A DNA stretch of 64,000 nt from IMG/VR virus record IMGVR_UViG_3300043419_000448, positions 743-64,742 of that record; one strand, written 5' to 3'. Both the position numbers and the translations under genes were made by a program. Shown piece after piece: positions 49,511 to 58,494 of the stretch. Numbering within the stretch: position 1 is the stretch's first letter; each line of letters begins with the position of its first letter. The notes beneath the pieces were generated by a model that saw only the letters and a list, made by a program, of their open reading frames with translations, made no database searches and was not told the DNA's origin. This DNA comes from a virus (Duplodnaviria > Caudoviricetes).

Positions 49511-51796
49511 TTACTTAAGAAGTGTTCCAGTTACCTTAATTGTTGAATCATTTACTGGATTAACTCTTATTCTAACATTTGACCCTGAGACATCTGCTGT
49601 AATAGTTCCTCTTGACCCATTTGTTCCAACGATTGCATATTCTGTAATTGCTACGTTATCTGATGAATCAAGTGTTAGCAAGATTTCTGAAACTTCATTA
49701 TCTGTTCCATTATCAATCTTGACAATTACCTTTGCTGCACGATAGTCACTCTTAGCCCACTCGTATGCAGTTACTGCAACTGATCCAAGTGATGTTGACG
49801 ATGCTGCAAACTGAGCAGACTCATCATTAATATTTAGTAGTGTAAAACCATTTCCACCAGTTGTCAGATTTTCAATCTGTCCATCAGTATATGTTGCTGC
49901 TGTTGTTTCTGCTGCACTCTGAGCATCTGCTGCTGCACCAACTGTATCCCAAAGACCTGTATTAGCAGTTACTGCTGCTGAACTAAAGTCTGAGATATCT
50001 TCTGAATTAAGACCAACTACAGAAATTACATCATTTGTAATATCGATGTTTGACCCTGGTGTTAAAGCATCCTGCTTGCCTGCTGCAACTGATTCAAGGT
50101 CAGAAATAATATCTGGGTTATCTTGAAGTGCTGAAGCCAATTCTTGAAGTGTATCAAGCATTTCTGGTGCTGCACCAACGAGGTTTGATACTGCTGTATC
50201 AGTGTAATCGTTAGCCTCACCCTTAGCAGTTGCAATTGCATTGTTACGGTCTGTAACTTCTGTGCTAATTGCTGTTGTAATTGCTGAGTTACGTGCTGTT
50301 ACTTCAGTATTAATTGCTTGATCAATGGCGTTATTACGATCTGTAACTTCCCCTGAAATTTCCTGATCTGTGTAAGACTTAGCATCATTTAGTGCATTGG
50401 TTGCCTTGGTTGATGCATCTGTTGCTGCTGCTGCAACGGCATCTGAATATGCTGCTGATGCTGCTGAATCTGCTGCACCTGCTGGGTCATAATTAGATGC
50501 AAGACTGTCAGCATAACCTCTTGCTGAAGTGTCTGCTGCTGCTGCAGCGCCAAAACCATCAAATACTCCATCGCCAGCATCGATTGCTCTTTGGTTTGTA
50601 AAGTAAAGGTTTGAGCCCTCTTCAATATCAGATGTTGTAAGATCATTGATAGCATCTCCAATAGTTCCACCAACTGCTGAGATTGCTCTTGCGTTTGTGA
50701 AGTATAGGTTTGTTGCTCCCTCTTCAATATCATCTGTATCAAGCGCATCTGCGTGAGCAATTGCTGCTGCTTCTGCTGCATTAGCCTTGCTTGTTGCGTC
50801 TGCTGATGCTGTAGCCTCTGCTGCAGCCTGTGCAGCGTTAGCCTTTGAAGTAGCATCTGATGCTGCTGCTGTTTGTGCTGCTGAAGCAGATCCTGCTGCA
50901 TCATATGCTGCTGATGTTGCAGAAAGCGCTGCTGAGTTGAAATCTGAAATATCTGCTGCATCTAGTCCAGTTACAGAGATTGTTGATCCTGCAATGTCAA
51001 TATTTGAGCCTGCAGTTAAAGTGTCTTGCTTTCCTGCTGCAATATCTTGAAGATCAGTAATAACATCTGGATTATCCTGAAGCGCTGCTGCTAACTCATT
51101 GAGTGTATCAAGAAGTGCTGGTGCACCGTTTACAAGATCTGCTACAGCCTGATCTGCGTGATCTTCTGCTGCCTGCTGTGCAATTCCAATTTCTGTACTT
51201 GTCTTGTATGCTGACCAAACTTTGTCTGTAGCATTTGAGGCATCGTTAATTTTGTTATCTGTGTATATGTTAGCATTTGATTCTGCTGTTGAGGCTGCAC
51301 CATATGCATCATATGTTGTGCCTAGGTTAAGATTTGTAATTGCTGTATCTGTATAAGAGTTAGCAGCAGTTTCTGCATCATCTGCATACCCCTGTGCGAC
51401 AACTCCTGCTTCACTTTTAGCAGTTGCAATAGCATCATTACGGTTTGTAACTTCTGTGTTAATTGCATCTGAAACATTTGTTGTTGTTGCAAATCCATAT
51501 GAACCAGTCAGGTCTGTCGCAATGCCTTCAATATCAACATTGAGGTTATCTCCGCTTGTGAAAACATAATCTCCTGCCATTTCTCCAGCAAGTGAGTTTT
51601 GATCAAGTGAGAGTACACCTGAACCATCTACTGAGAGGTTTCCTGTTACAGACTTTACTAGTGTTTCCCCACCAATAAGGTTCAAGATGTATTGATCTGA
51701 TGCGTTCTCTGTAAGAACTGTATTTCCACCGACTGTTGCGGTAGTTTCAACTACAAGGCCATTCTTGACCTTAAAATTTTTATTTACTGTTGCCAT
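49511..51796 (-). CDS. long coiled-coil fibre protein
   Basis: Ala-rich; repeats EVT.RN, LDTL.ELA.AL, GKQD.LT.GSNIDI, DIEEG.NLYFTN.RA. Confidence 0.7.
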   Translation of the reverse strand: MATVNKNFKVKNGLVVETTATVGGNTVLTENASDQYILNLIGGETLVKSVTGNLSVDGSGVLSLDQNSLAGEMAGDYVFTSGDNLNVDIEGIATDLTGSYGFATTTNVSDAINTEVTNRNDAIATAKSEAGVVAQGYADDAETAANSYTDTAITNLNLGTTYDAYGAASTAESNANIYTDNKINDASNATDKVWSAYKTSTEIGIAQQAAEDHADQAVADLVNGAPALLDTLNELAAALQDNPDVITDLQDIAAGKQDTLTAGSNIDIAGSTISVTGLDAADISDFNSAALSATSAAYDAAGSASAAQTAAASDATSKANAAQAAAEATASADATSKANAAEAAAIAHADALDTDDIEEGATNLYFTNARAISAVGGTIGDAINDLTTSDIEEGSNLYFTNQRAIDAGDGVFDGFGAAAAADTSARGYADSLASNYDPAGAADSAASAAYSDAVAAAATDASTKATNALNDAKSYTDQEISGEVTDRNNAIDQAINTEVTARNSAITTAISTEVTDRNNAIATAKGEANDYTDTAVSNLVGAAPEMLDTLQELASALQDNPDIISDLESVAAGKQDALTPGSNIDITNDVISVVGLNSEDISDFSSAAVTANTGLWDTVGAAADAQSAAETTAATYTDGQIENLTTGGNGFTLLNINDESAQFAASSTSLGSVAVTAYEWAKSDYRAAKVIVKIDNGTDNEVSEILLTLDSSDNVAITEYAIVGTNGSRGTITADVSGSNVRIRVNPVNDSTIKVTGTLLK

Positions 51797-51809
51797 TTTT
51801 TATATCTCC

Positions 51810-52256
51810 TTAAGCCTTAAGTCCAATTCGTGCGTAACGAACTGTTATAGGTGTAATACCGCTTACTGGAGTGACTGTTAAGGCCACGGTATTTCCAGTG
51901 CGGGAGACATTAATGGTGCCAATATTCCCATCATTGTCGATAGTGCCGTATTCGGTAACATTTATATTTGTACCGTCAACTAGGATTGTTAATTCAGTTG
52001 CATAGAACTTGTTGTCCCCTGCTGTAGTCTTTGATATTGAAACAATATACTTGACCATGCGCCAAACTGTAGCATCAAAGTTATCAACAACAGTTACGTT
52101 CTCAATTCCATTGACTGTAGTTTCGTTATTACCAGCAGAGCCCAAATCTGTTGCCTGAGCAGTTGCGGTATCGATTAAATCTGCATAATTTTCTTGAGTA
52201 GGTCTGTCTCCTGTTTGGAAGAGGGACTTTACTCCTGGGATTGATATCTTTGCCAT
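51810..52256 (-). CDS. structural protein sharing C-terminal beta domain with 49511..51796
   Basis: TELTILVDGTNINVTEYGTI vs SEILLTLDSSDNVAITEYAIV. Confidence 0.6.
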   Translation of the reverse strand: MAKISIPGVKSLFQTGDRPTQENYADLIDTATAQATDLGSAGNNETTVNGIENVTVVDNFDATVWRMVKYIVSISKTTAGDNKFYATELTILVDGTNINVTEYGTIDNDGNIGTINVSRTGNTVALTVTPVSGITPITVRYARIGLKA

Positions 52257-52288
52257 GTGGTAATTATAACAGCCTTTTAATAAGATTA

Positions 52289-52549
52289 TTAAAGAATGTA
52301 GTTAGAAAACCCAATAACCTGAATACCAATTCCTGGTGGGTTATTTTCTCTATATCCTTCAATTCCAATATTAGTTATTGTTAATCTAAATGGAAGAATG
52401 TCTGCTGGCCTAACAACTTTTGCATAGTCAACCGAAACAACACCGTTAGAAACGTACTCAATTCTTTCAAAATGAACAATGGGAGAAATTGTTACTGCTG
52501 ATGCTAAAACACCTAAAGCAATACCTTCAGAAATCGTGGTTCTTGCCAT
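52289..52549 (-). CDS. hypothetical protein
   Basis: 86 aa in structural operon. Confidence 0.55.
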   Translation of the reverse strand: MARTTISEGIALGVLASAVTISPIVHFERIEYVSNGVVSVDYAKVVRPADILPFRLTITNIGIEGYRENNPPGIGIQVIGFSNYIL

Positions 52550-52551
52550 AG

Positions 52552-52998
52552 TTACTGTGCTTGGTCTGTGATTTCGCCAAGCATGATCATTTCACCTTGA
52601 CATACTGTCCAAACACGATCTCCATCAGTTAATTGAATATCAAAAACATCTCCTGTTAAAAGTTGTTTTGATTGAGTTGCGGATAAGGTTACTGTGAATT
52701 CTCCAGCATTATCAAAATCTGTTTTATCTGGCAAAACTGTAAATAGAAGATCGTCTCCAACATTGTCAGAATATCTTCTGAAGTCACCCTTTATGTTCCA
52801 ACCAGTATCGTCACCAACAGCAGTTGTGTTGTAGTCTAATGGGTTTCCTAGATCATCTTCAACATAAATTCTAAAAGATGCGGTATCTCCAATAACAACA
52901 GTCCAGTTAATGAGTGGTGGCTTATTACCAATATTATAAGTCGCTGGAGCAGTTACTCCAGATATTGGGGTTTCGTTGGGGTTTCTATATGTAGCCAT
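52552..52998 (-). CDS. BppU-N-like baseplate/fibre adaptor
   Basis: IGDTASFRIY...FDIQLT...GEIT. Confidence 0.5.
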   Translation of the reverse strand: MATYRNPNETPISGVTAPATYNIGNKPPLINWTVVIGDTASFRIYVEDDLGNPLDYNTTAVGDDTGWNIKGDFRRYSDNVGDDLLFTVLPDKTDFDNAGEFTVTLSATQSKQLLTGDVFDIQLTDGDRVWTVCQGEMIMLGEITDQAQ

Positions 52999-53010
52999 AG
53001 TTTTATTATA

Positions 53011-53547
53011 TCACGACAATCCGTCCTTGAGTGCTCCCCAAGTACCGTTTCCTTTTGTTTGGACTATTATCAAACCAGTAGGACCTTGAACTGCAACTAC
53101 TGCAACATATCTTCCTGGTCCAGTAGATGGTCTACCATTAACAAGGTTTCCATTTGAATCAATATAAACCTTTGTTCCAGATGCTCCAAGAGAAGATGTA
53201 TTCATTTGCAAAACACCAGAAACAACGATTACTCCATTTTCATTGTTTGCAATGGTTGACTGTACTAGCCCAAGTATTGGTACATCTGGATTGTGGCTAA
53301 CGCTTGATGGATTATATTTTGCTACCGTTGGAACTCCAGAAACGCTGCCGTTAATAAAAACGGGAGTTCCAGTAGGAAGAGAAACGCCTGATACATTTCT
53401 AACTGATGAAGAAACTCCAGTCATTCCAAGTGGAGGTAATATATTATTTAAAGCATCTACTAGCAACTTAAAATCTCCATGCACGTTTACTGGGTCTGAT
53501 GCAAGAGGATATGTCATGTTAGGATAGTTAGATGATGAGTTAGGCAT
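53011..53547 (-). CDS. structural protein (spike/cement-like)
   Basis: start MPNSSS is 7 nt after TGGTATAAT; YPLASDPVNVHGD, GTPVFI, GTKVYI motifs. Confidence 0.55.
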   Translation of the reverse strand: MPNSSSNYPNMTYPLASDPVNVHGDFKLLVDALNNILPPLGMTGVSSSVRNVSGVSLPTGTPVFINGSVSGVPTVAKYNPSSVSHNPDVPILGLVQSTIANNENGVIVVSGVLQMNTSSLGASGTKVYIDSNGNLVNGRPSTGPGRYVAVVAVQGPTGLIIVQTKGNGTWGALKDGLS

Positions 53548-53573
53548 AATCTTTATTATACCACCCTCTAAAG

Positions 53574-53603
53574 TTGACTTTTGATAAAATTTTGTGTTAT
53601 ACT
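53574..53603 (+). promoter_or_regulatory. sigma70/SigA-type promoter
   Basis: TTGACT-18 nt-TATACT with TG extension. Confidence 0.75.
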
Positions 53604-53651
53604 TGGTAGTAGACACCTACCAGGGTGTTATTGTTTTCTAAGGAGGAAACT

Positions 53652-54215
53652 ATGATTAAATTTATCGAAAGAAACAAAGAGATCATTAGCACACTCAGTA
53701 TCGTGGCACTTGTCAGTGTATTTTCTAATACTGCCAATGCTGCAACGGATCTTAATACAAAGAACAATCTTAGTCTTGAACAGGCTCAGACATCGGAAAC
53801 TACCTCGAAAGAGGTTTTTTTGGTTTCTAAGGCAAAAAAGTTAGAGAGTTTTGAAAATAAAACATCTCTTACAGATCTAGAACTAAAAGAACTGCTATCT
53901 CTAGTTGGCTTCAAGGGTAAAGACCTTGTTGTTGCTTGGGCGGTAGCAAAAAAGGAGTCTAATGGGCGACCATTGGCCTACAACGGCAACCATAAGACAG
54001 GTGACTCATCTTATGGAATGTTCCAAATCAATATGATTGACGACCTTGGTCCTGATCGTAGAACCAAGTTTGATATTGAGTCAAATGCTGAACTGTTCAA
54101 TCCCGTAAAGAATGCAGAGATTGCATACTATATGACAAGCGGTGGTGATGATTGGTCTTCTTGGAAGGGCATAACTCCAAGAACAAAAATGTGGATGGCT
54201 AAATTCCCTAAGTAA
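53652..54215 (+). CDS. exported lysozyme-like lytic transglycosylase
   Basis: AGGAGG SD; signal peptide ending ANA; AKKES catalytic Glu, GMFQIN, LFNP..NA, W..W. Confidence 0.8.
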   Translation: MIKFIERNKEIISTLSIVALVSVFSNTANAATDLNTKNNLSLEQAQTSETTSKEVFLVSKAKKLESFENKTSLTDLELKELLSLVGFKGKDLVVAWAVAKKESNGRPLAYNGNHKTGDSSYGMFQINMIDDLGPDRRTKFDIESNAELFNPVKNAEIAYYMTSGGDDWSSWKGITPRTKMWMAKFPK

Positions 54216-54220
54216 TATAT

Positions 54221-54266
54221 CAAAAGGCACTCATTAGGTTTACAAAAATCTTTTGGGTGCCTTTTG
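54221..54266. terminator. hairpin between convergent genes
   Basis: CAAAAGGCACTCA...TGGGTGCCTTTTG. Confidence 0.65.
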
Positions 54267-54268
54267 CT

Positions 54269-55180
54269 TTAGCAATTTTCTATTAGTCTACCAGATAAGA
54301 AATTAACACCAGCAAACTCTTCATACTCTGACAAGGATCTTTCTGTTCCTAGATATCCGTCCCCTATCATTTCTTCTAGCAATATTCTGTAGACTAGACT
54401 CTGAGATTTAGCATTCATCTCATCAAACTCTTTTGGAAAATCATGCCAAAATATCTTTCTTCTATTAATGCTAGGCTTCTCATGATTATAGTAAAGGTGA
54501 TAGAGATATTGCTTATCTGGAATCACTAGATCATACCCGTGAGTGTATGCTCTTACTGCCATAATTATCTCTTCTCCCCAAAATGCCATGTCTTTGTTTG
54601 GTGGCATAAAAGGTCCTACCGTAAAAAGTGAGCCAGCAGATATAGACCTTGTGAATATACTGCCTTCACTTGGCATTGCTGTCTGTGATGGAATTCTACG
54701 TAACTTAAAATCTTCTGGGTTTTGGTGAAAACTTATGATAGTCCTATAGTTGGGGTCAAATAAGTCTGTCTCTACGTCTGTAAATGTTTCGTCTGTATAC
54801 CAGTAATTTGCTGGGTACATTGTTAATAGAGGTTTTTCAATTCCATTACTTTGATAATTTAAAACTGAATTAATAGCAATTTCATCCCAATTCTCTACAA
54901 ACCTTGAATGGGAGTCGCACTGAAAATAATAATCCTCATTATCATAAAACTGATGGGCAAGATATCTTCCAATTCCAACACCTACATTTTCTGGAGCCTT
55001 GCTTGTTATATATTTTATATTTGGAAGTTCTGGCAAAGATATTTCAGACTCTTCTATATAGGATACATGAATTCCAAAATTTAACTTATGTTTGCCAGAC
55101 GCTTGTTTTATTGCGTTTAAAATTGTTGGAGAAAGTTCTGGATCTCTATATGATGATATCTGTATAAAGATGCTTGCCAT
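54269..55180 (-). CDS. GT60/Gnt1-like polypeptide GlcNAc transferase
   Basis: IFIQISSYRDPEL..T, QCDSHSRF..NWD, LLTMYP, FWGEE..MAVRAYTHGYD, YHLY. Confidence 0.78.
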   Translation of the reverse strand: MASIFIQISSYRDPELSPTILNAIKQASGKHKLNFGIHVSYIEESEISLPELPNIKYITSKAPENVGVGIGRYLAHQFYDNEDYYFQCDSHSRFVENWDEIAINSVLNYQSNGIEKPLLTMYPANYWYTDETFTDVETDLFDPNYRTIISFHQNPEDFKLRRIPSQTAMPSEGSIFTRSISAGSLFTVGPFMPPNKDMAFWGEEIIMAVRAYTHGYDLVIPDKQYLYHLYYNHEKPSINRRKIFWHDFPKEFDEMNAKSQSLVYRILLEEMIGDGYLGTERSLSEYEEFAGVNFLSGRLIENC

Positions 55181-55181
55181 A

Positions 55182-55427
55182 CTACCATTTACCTATTGGG
55201 CATTCTGCCTTTTCTATTTTTGTTTTTATAGCCATAAAGCAGCCACATTTTTTACACTGGTTTGTTAACTTAATTAGTTCTGGACAGGCTTGACAAATTG
55301 AAAACCTTTTATCTGATATAGACTCATCAACCCACTCAGTTTTTGGATTAATAATATCCATTGGGCTTACGGCAGACTTCTTATTATTTTCTATTATTTC
55401 TTTTATTTTATCTATTCTGCTTGACAT
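55182..55427 (-). CDS. small Cys-rich protein (DUF6171-like)
   Basis: R..ICQAC...CKKCGCFM..K...CPIGKW; TATAAT 6 nt before MSSRI. Confidence 0.65.
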   Translation of the reverse strand: MSSRIDKIKEIIENNKKSAVSPMDIINPKTEWVDESISDKRFSICQACPELIKLTNQCKKCGCFMAIKTKIEKAECPIGKW

Positions 55428-55434
55428 AATTATA

Positions 55435-55923
55435 TTATACACTAACCCCTGGGGTTTTGGCTAAATCTGTCTTGCTAGTAATAAAGGATGTTAAAGTGTA
55501 TCTATTTCCAGAAATTACATCTAAGACCTTATGAACCCTATCTCCTGGGTGGCAGATAAGCATCCCAACCTCTGGCTTAATCTTTGTGTTAGAGTCTGTG
55601 TACAGAAGTTCTCCTCCTTCAAAATTATCATTTAAATATATAACAACTCCATAATGGGTATTTGGTGAGCCAGAGTTATCTGAGTGCTCTTCCCAAAAAG
55701 AATCCTTGTCTGTTCTATGTATCATCCTGATCATTTGAACATATAGATTTTTATCAAAAAGTTCAGAAACTCTTTTATTTATATCTATCATTATCTTATG
55801 ATTTTTTGATGGAAGTATATAGATTCCAGTATCTGCATGTTGTGGTCTCCAAGAGTTAGAAACTTCTGCCTCTTCTAAAAGAATCTGGCACTCTTCTCTT
55901 GTTAAAAAGTTTTTAATAATCAC
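55435..55923 (-). CDS. 2OG-Fe(II) oxygenase
   Basis: HSD...YLNDNFEGGEL...HKV...GNRY. Confidence 0.85.
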   Translation of the reverse strand: MIIKNFLTREECQILLEEAEVSNSWRPQHADTGIYILPSKNHKIMIDINKRVSELFDKNLYVQMIRMIHRTDKDSFWEEHSDNSGSPNTHYGVVIYLNDNFEGGELLYTDSNTKIKPEVGMLICHPGDRVHKVLDVISGNRYTLTSFITSKTDLAKTPGVSV

Positions 55924-55928
55924 TGTAA

Positions 55929-58475
55929 CTACTTATTGTGAATTAAAATACCACTTACAAAGAACCAGTCATAAGGCTCACAAGACAACTGGTAAACAGT
56001 TACAACTTCATCAGTGAAGTGTTCAATGCTTGTAACAGGAACTTCAACCTTTTCGCCTTCTGAGTTGATAACAATTAGGCTATCTCCAACAGCAACATAG
56101 TATGCTTCCTTAATCTTGTATTCTCCTTCTGGAGTCTTAACAAACATTGGCTGAGTAAATGTTAGTCTAATGTCTGCATTACCGTTAAAGCAAATGATAT
56201 CTGACTCTTCAACTGAATCAAGAGCAGTAATAGTTGTTTCAACTAAATCACCAGTTGTAAGACTTGATGATGTCCAAGCATACTTTTGCCAGTCTGGTTC
56301 TGAAGGATCGAGTTCTGTAATTGGTGCTGACCAAATTACGTCACCTACCTGAAGGTTCTTAACTGGGATTTGACCGTTAGGTGTGTCAACTAGAGTATTC
56401 TCTTCAACACATGGTGGTCCAAACCAAGGAATGATTGGGGCGAACGATGGGAAGTAAGGTGGGAAGAATGGGAAGAATGGGAAGTAAGGTGGCGCTGCGG
56501 TAGTTGCTTCTGTTGTAGTAACAGGTGCAGCCGTAGTTGTTGCAGCAGTAGTTGTTGCAGCAGTAGTTGTTGCAGGTGCAGCGGTAGTAGTTACTTCTGG
56601 GCATGTGTAAGACTCTGCTCCAGTACAAGGGTTTACATAGATAGGGACGCTTCTTCCACAAGAAGATCTGTATTCGTTATAAGAAAATACTGGGGTACAA
56701 TTTGATGCTGCTGTGGTTGTAGTTGTAGCAGCAGTTGTGGCAGCAGTAGTTGCTGCTGTTGTGGCAGCAGTTGTTGCTCCACCGCAACATGACCATCCAT
56801 TAGGAACTGAGTATTGTGAAGAGTTACCTAGGTAAGTAAGTCCAAGTTCTTGACAAGTAATTGATACAGGGTTGGTAGACTGTCCTGGACATGCTGCTGT
56901 TGTAGAAGCAGTAGTTGAAGCGGTTGTTGCTGCTGTAGTTGATGCTGTTGTGGCAGCGGTAGTCGCTGCTGTAGTTGCAGCGGTAGTTACAGGAGCACAT
57001 GCTGACGGAATTCCTAGAATTGCAATAATCTCTGAAGAAGTCAAAGATCCATTTGCGGTTATTCCTTCATTGCTGCTTAATCCAGAACCTGTTGGTGCTG
57101 TTCCATATCCTCCAGAATAGTTACCGCTAAATCCATTACATGTTACATAAATGTTATAACTTATTGGGGCAGCAGTTGTTCCTGTTGTAGCAGTAGTTGC
57201 TCCGCCACAGCACTGCCATGTTGAAGGAACTGAGTATGTAGAAGAATTACCAAGATACTCTAGCCCAAGTTCAGCACATGTTATTGATGCAGGGTTAGTA
57301 GCCTGACCTGGACATGAAGCAAGTGTTGCTGATGTTGTTCCAGAAGTTGTTGCCTCTGTTGTTCCAGAAGTTGTTCCACCTGTAGTTGGGGCAGTTGTTG
57401 AACAGTTAGGTGCTGTAGGATACGATGTTCCGTAGGCTACAGTAACGTTTGTTTCACCAGTTTGTGATTGTGTACAGAATGATGATAAAGCATCTCTAGC
57501 ATTTGCTTCTGAAGAAACACTGCTTCCACGAATTATAGTTCCATCACAACATCCAATTGCATACCAACCACTAACTGGTGCTTGAGTTGCTTGGGTTGTT
57601 GCTTCAGTTGTAGCCTGTGTTGCTTGTGTTGTTCCCTGAGTTGTTGCTTGGGTTGTAGCCTGTGTCGTAGCAGCAGTTGTTGCTGCTGTTGTAGCAGCGG
57701 TAGTCGCAGCAGTTGTTGCTTCTGTTGTACCTGATGAAGAACCTTCATAGATATCTCCATAAGCGATCCAATTATTTGTACCAACCTTCATTAAGGTGAC
57801 TTGTCCATATTGAGAGTCAATAAAAAGTTGTGAGTTCTTGCTATTAACAGTTACTCCAGACGCTGGTTCAAAAGTTGTAACTCCTTCGCCAACCTCAAGC
57901 AAGTGATATTTATATCCAACTGGAATTGCTACTGAAGCATTTGATGGAACAGTTAAAGTCATTGTTGTTGGTGTTGAAAGAAGAACTGTTTTGTTTGCAT
58001 CTTCAACAGATAAAGTAAAACTAGTAGATTTTGTAGTAACAGAACTGTCAATTTCAAACTGTTCTGAAACTGTATTCCAAACAATTCCAAACCCTGCAAG
58101 AGATGACTGATCTACTACAGCGGTATCTACTCTATTATCTACATAAGATTTTGTGGCAAGAAGTGAAGTGTCTGCAATACCGTGAATGTTTGTAGTATCT
58201 GATTGGTGAGCAGCAAGTGCTGCTGTAGATGCAGTTTCGTGTGCAGCAAGTGCTGCTGTTGCAGCAGTGTCTGCATCAACTAAATTTTGAAGGTACTTTG
58301 CAATTGATGGGCTTACAAGATTAGCCTTGTTTGTGTTTGAGCCATCATACTCGTATGATCCATAGTGATAAAGTCTAAGCGCTGCTTGAATATCTGCTGC
58401 ATCTGATAAACCTGGCACTTTGGCATTGAAAAGTCCACTACCGTTGACGGTATTATCAATATTTTCTGCTGCCAC
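55929..58475 (-). CDS. fibre protein with mucin-like Thr/Ala repeats, Cys modules, Pro/Phe tract and C-terminal Hint
   Basis: TTAA runs, two CPGQ..CCGG modules, PPYFPFF..., Hint CVEENTLV...IHNK. Confidence 0.8.
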   Translation of the reverse strand: MAAENIDNTVNGSGLFNAKVPGLSDAADIQAALRLYHYGSYEYDGSNTNKANLVSPSIAKYLQNLVDADTAATAALAAHETASTAALAAHQSDTTNIHGIADTSLLATKSYVDNRVDTAVVDQSSLAGFGIVWNTVSEQFEIDSSVTTKSTSFTLSVEDANKTVLLSTPTTMTLTVPSNASVAIPVGYKYHLLEVGEGVTTFEPASGVTVNSKNSQLFIDSQYGQVTLMKVGTNNWIAYGDIYEGSSSGTTEATTAATTAATTAATTAATTQATTQATTQGTTQATQATTEATTQATQAPVSGWYAIGCCDGTIIRGSSVSSEANARDALSSFCTQSQTGETNVTVAYGTSYPTAPNCSTTAPTTGGTTSGTTEATTSGTTSATLASCPGQATNPASITCAELGLEYLGNSSTYSVPSTWQCCGGATTATTGTTAAPISYNIYVTCNGFSGNYSGGYGTAPTGSGLSSNEGITANGSLTSSEIIAILGIPSACAPVTTAATTAATTAATTASTTAATTASTTASTTAACPGQSTNPVSITCQELGLTYLGNSSQYSVPNGWSCCGGATTAATTAATTAATTAATTTTTAASNCTPVFSYNEYRSSCGRSVPIYVNPCTGAESYTCPEVTTTAAPATTTAATTTAATTTAAPVTTTEATTAAPPYFPFFPFFPPYFPSFAPIIPWFGPPCVEENTLVDTPNGQIPVKNLQVGDVIWSAPITELDPSEPDWQKYAWTSSSLTTGDLVETTITALDSVEESDIICFNGNADIRLTFTQPMFVKTPEGEYKIKEAYYVAVGDSLIVINSEGEKVEVPVTSIEHFTDEVVTVYQLSCEPYDWFFVSGILIHNK

Positions 58476-58494
58476 TATAAATCACCCTTTTTCA

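Noticed and set aside
46586-50961. His/Ser-rich, Gln-rich and GRMV-repeat ORFs (46586..47026, 46631..46849, 50389..50961)
   Set aside because: Alternative-frame readings of Pro/Phe and Ala-rich repeats
786-53527. Numerous short plus-strand ORFs in the track
   Set aside because: Lie antisense to well-supported minus-strand genes and show no recognisable motifs
55929-56411. Classical mobile intein
   Set aside because: No endonuclease domain, no Cys/Ser/Thr at +1, and only one residue follows HN
46125-56492. Diversity-generating retroelement (repeat pair plus Mtd_N-like fibre)
   Set aside because: No reverse transcriptase in the window; both copies are coding and their differences are largely synonymous and not adenine-specific
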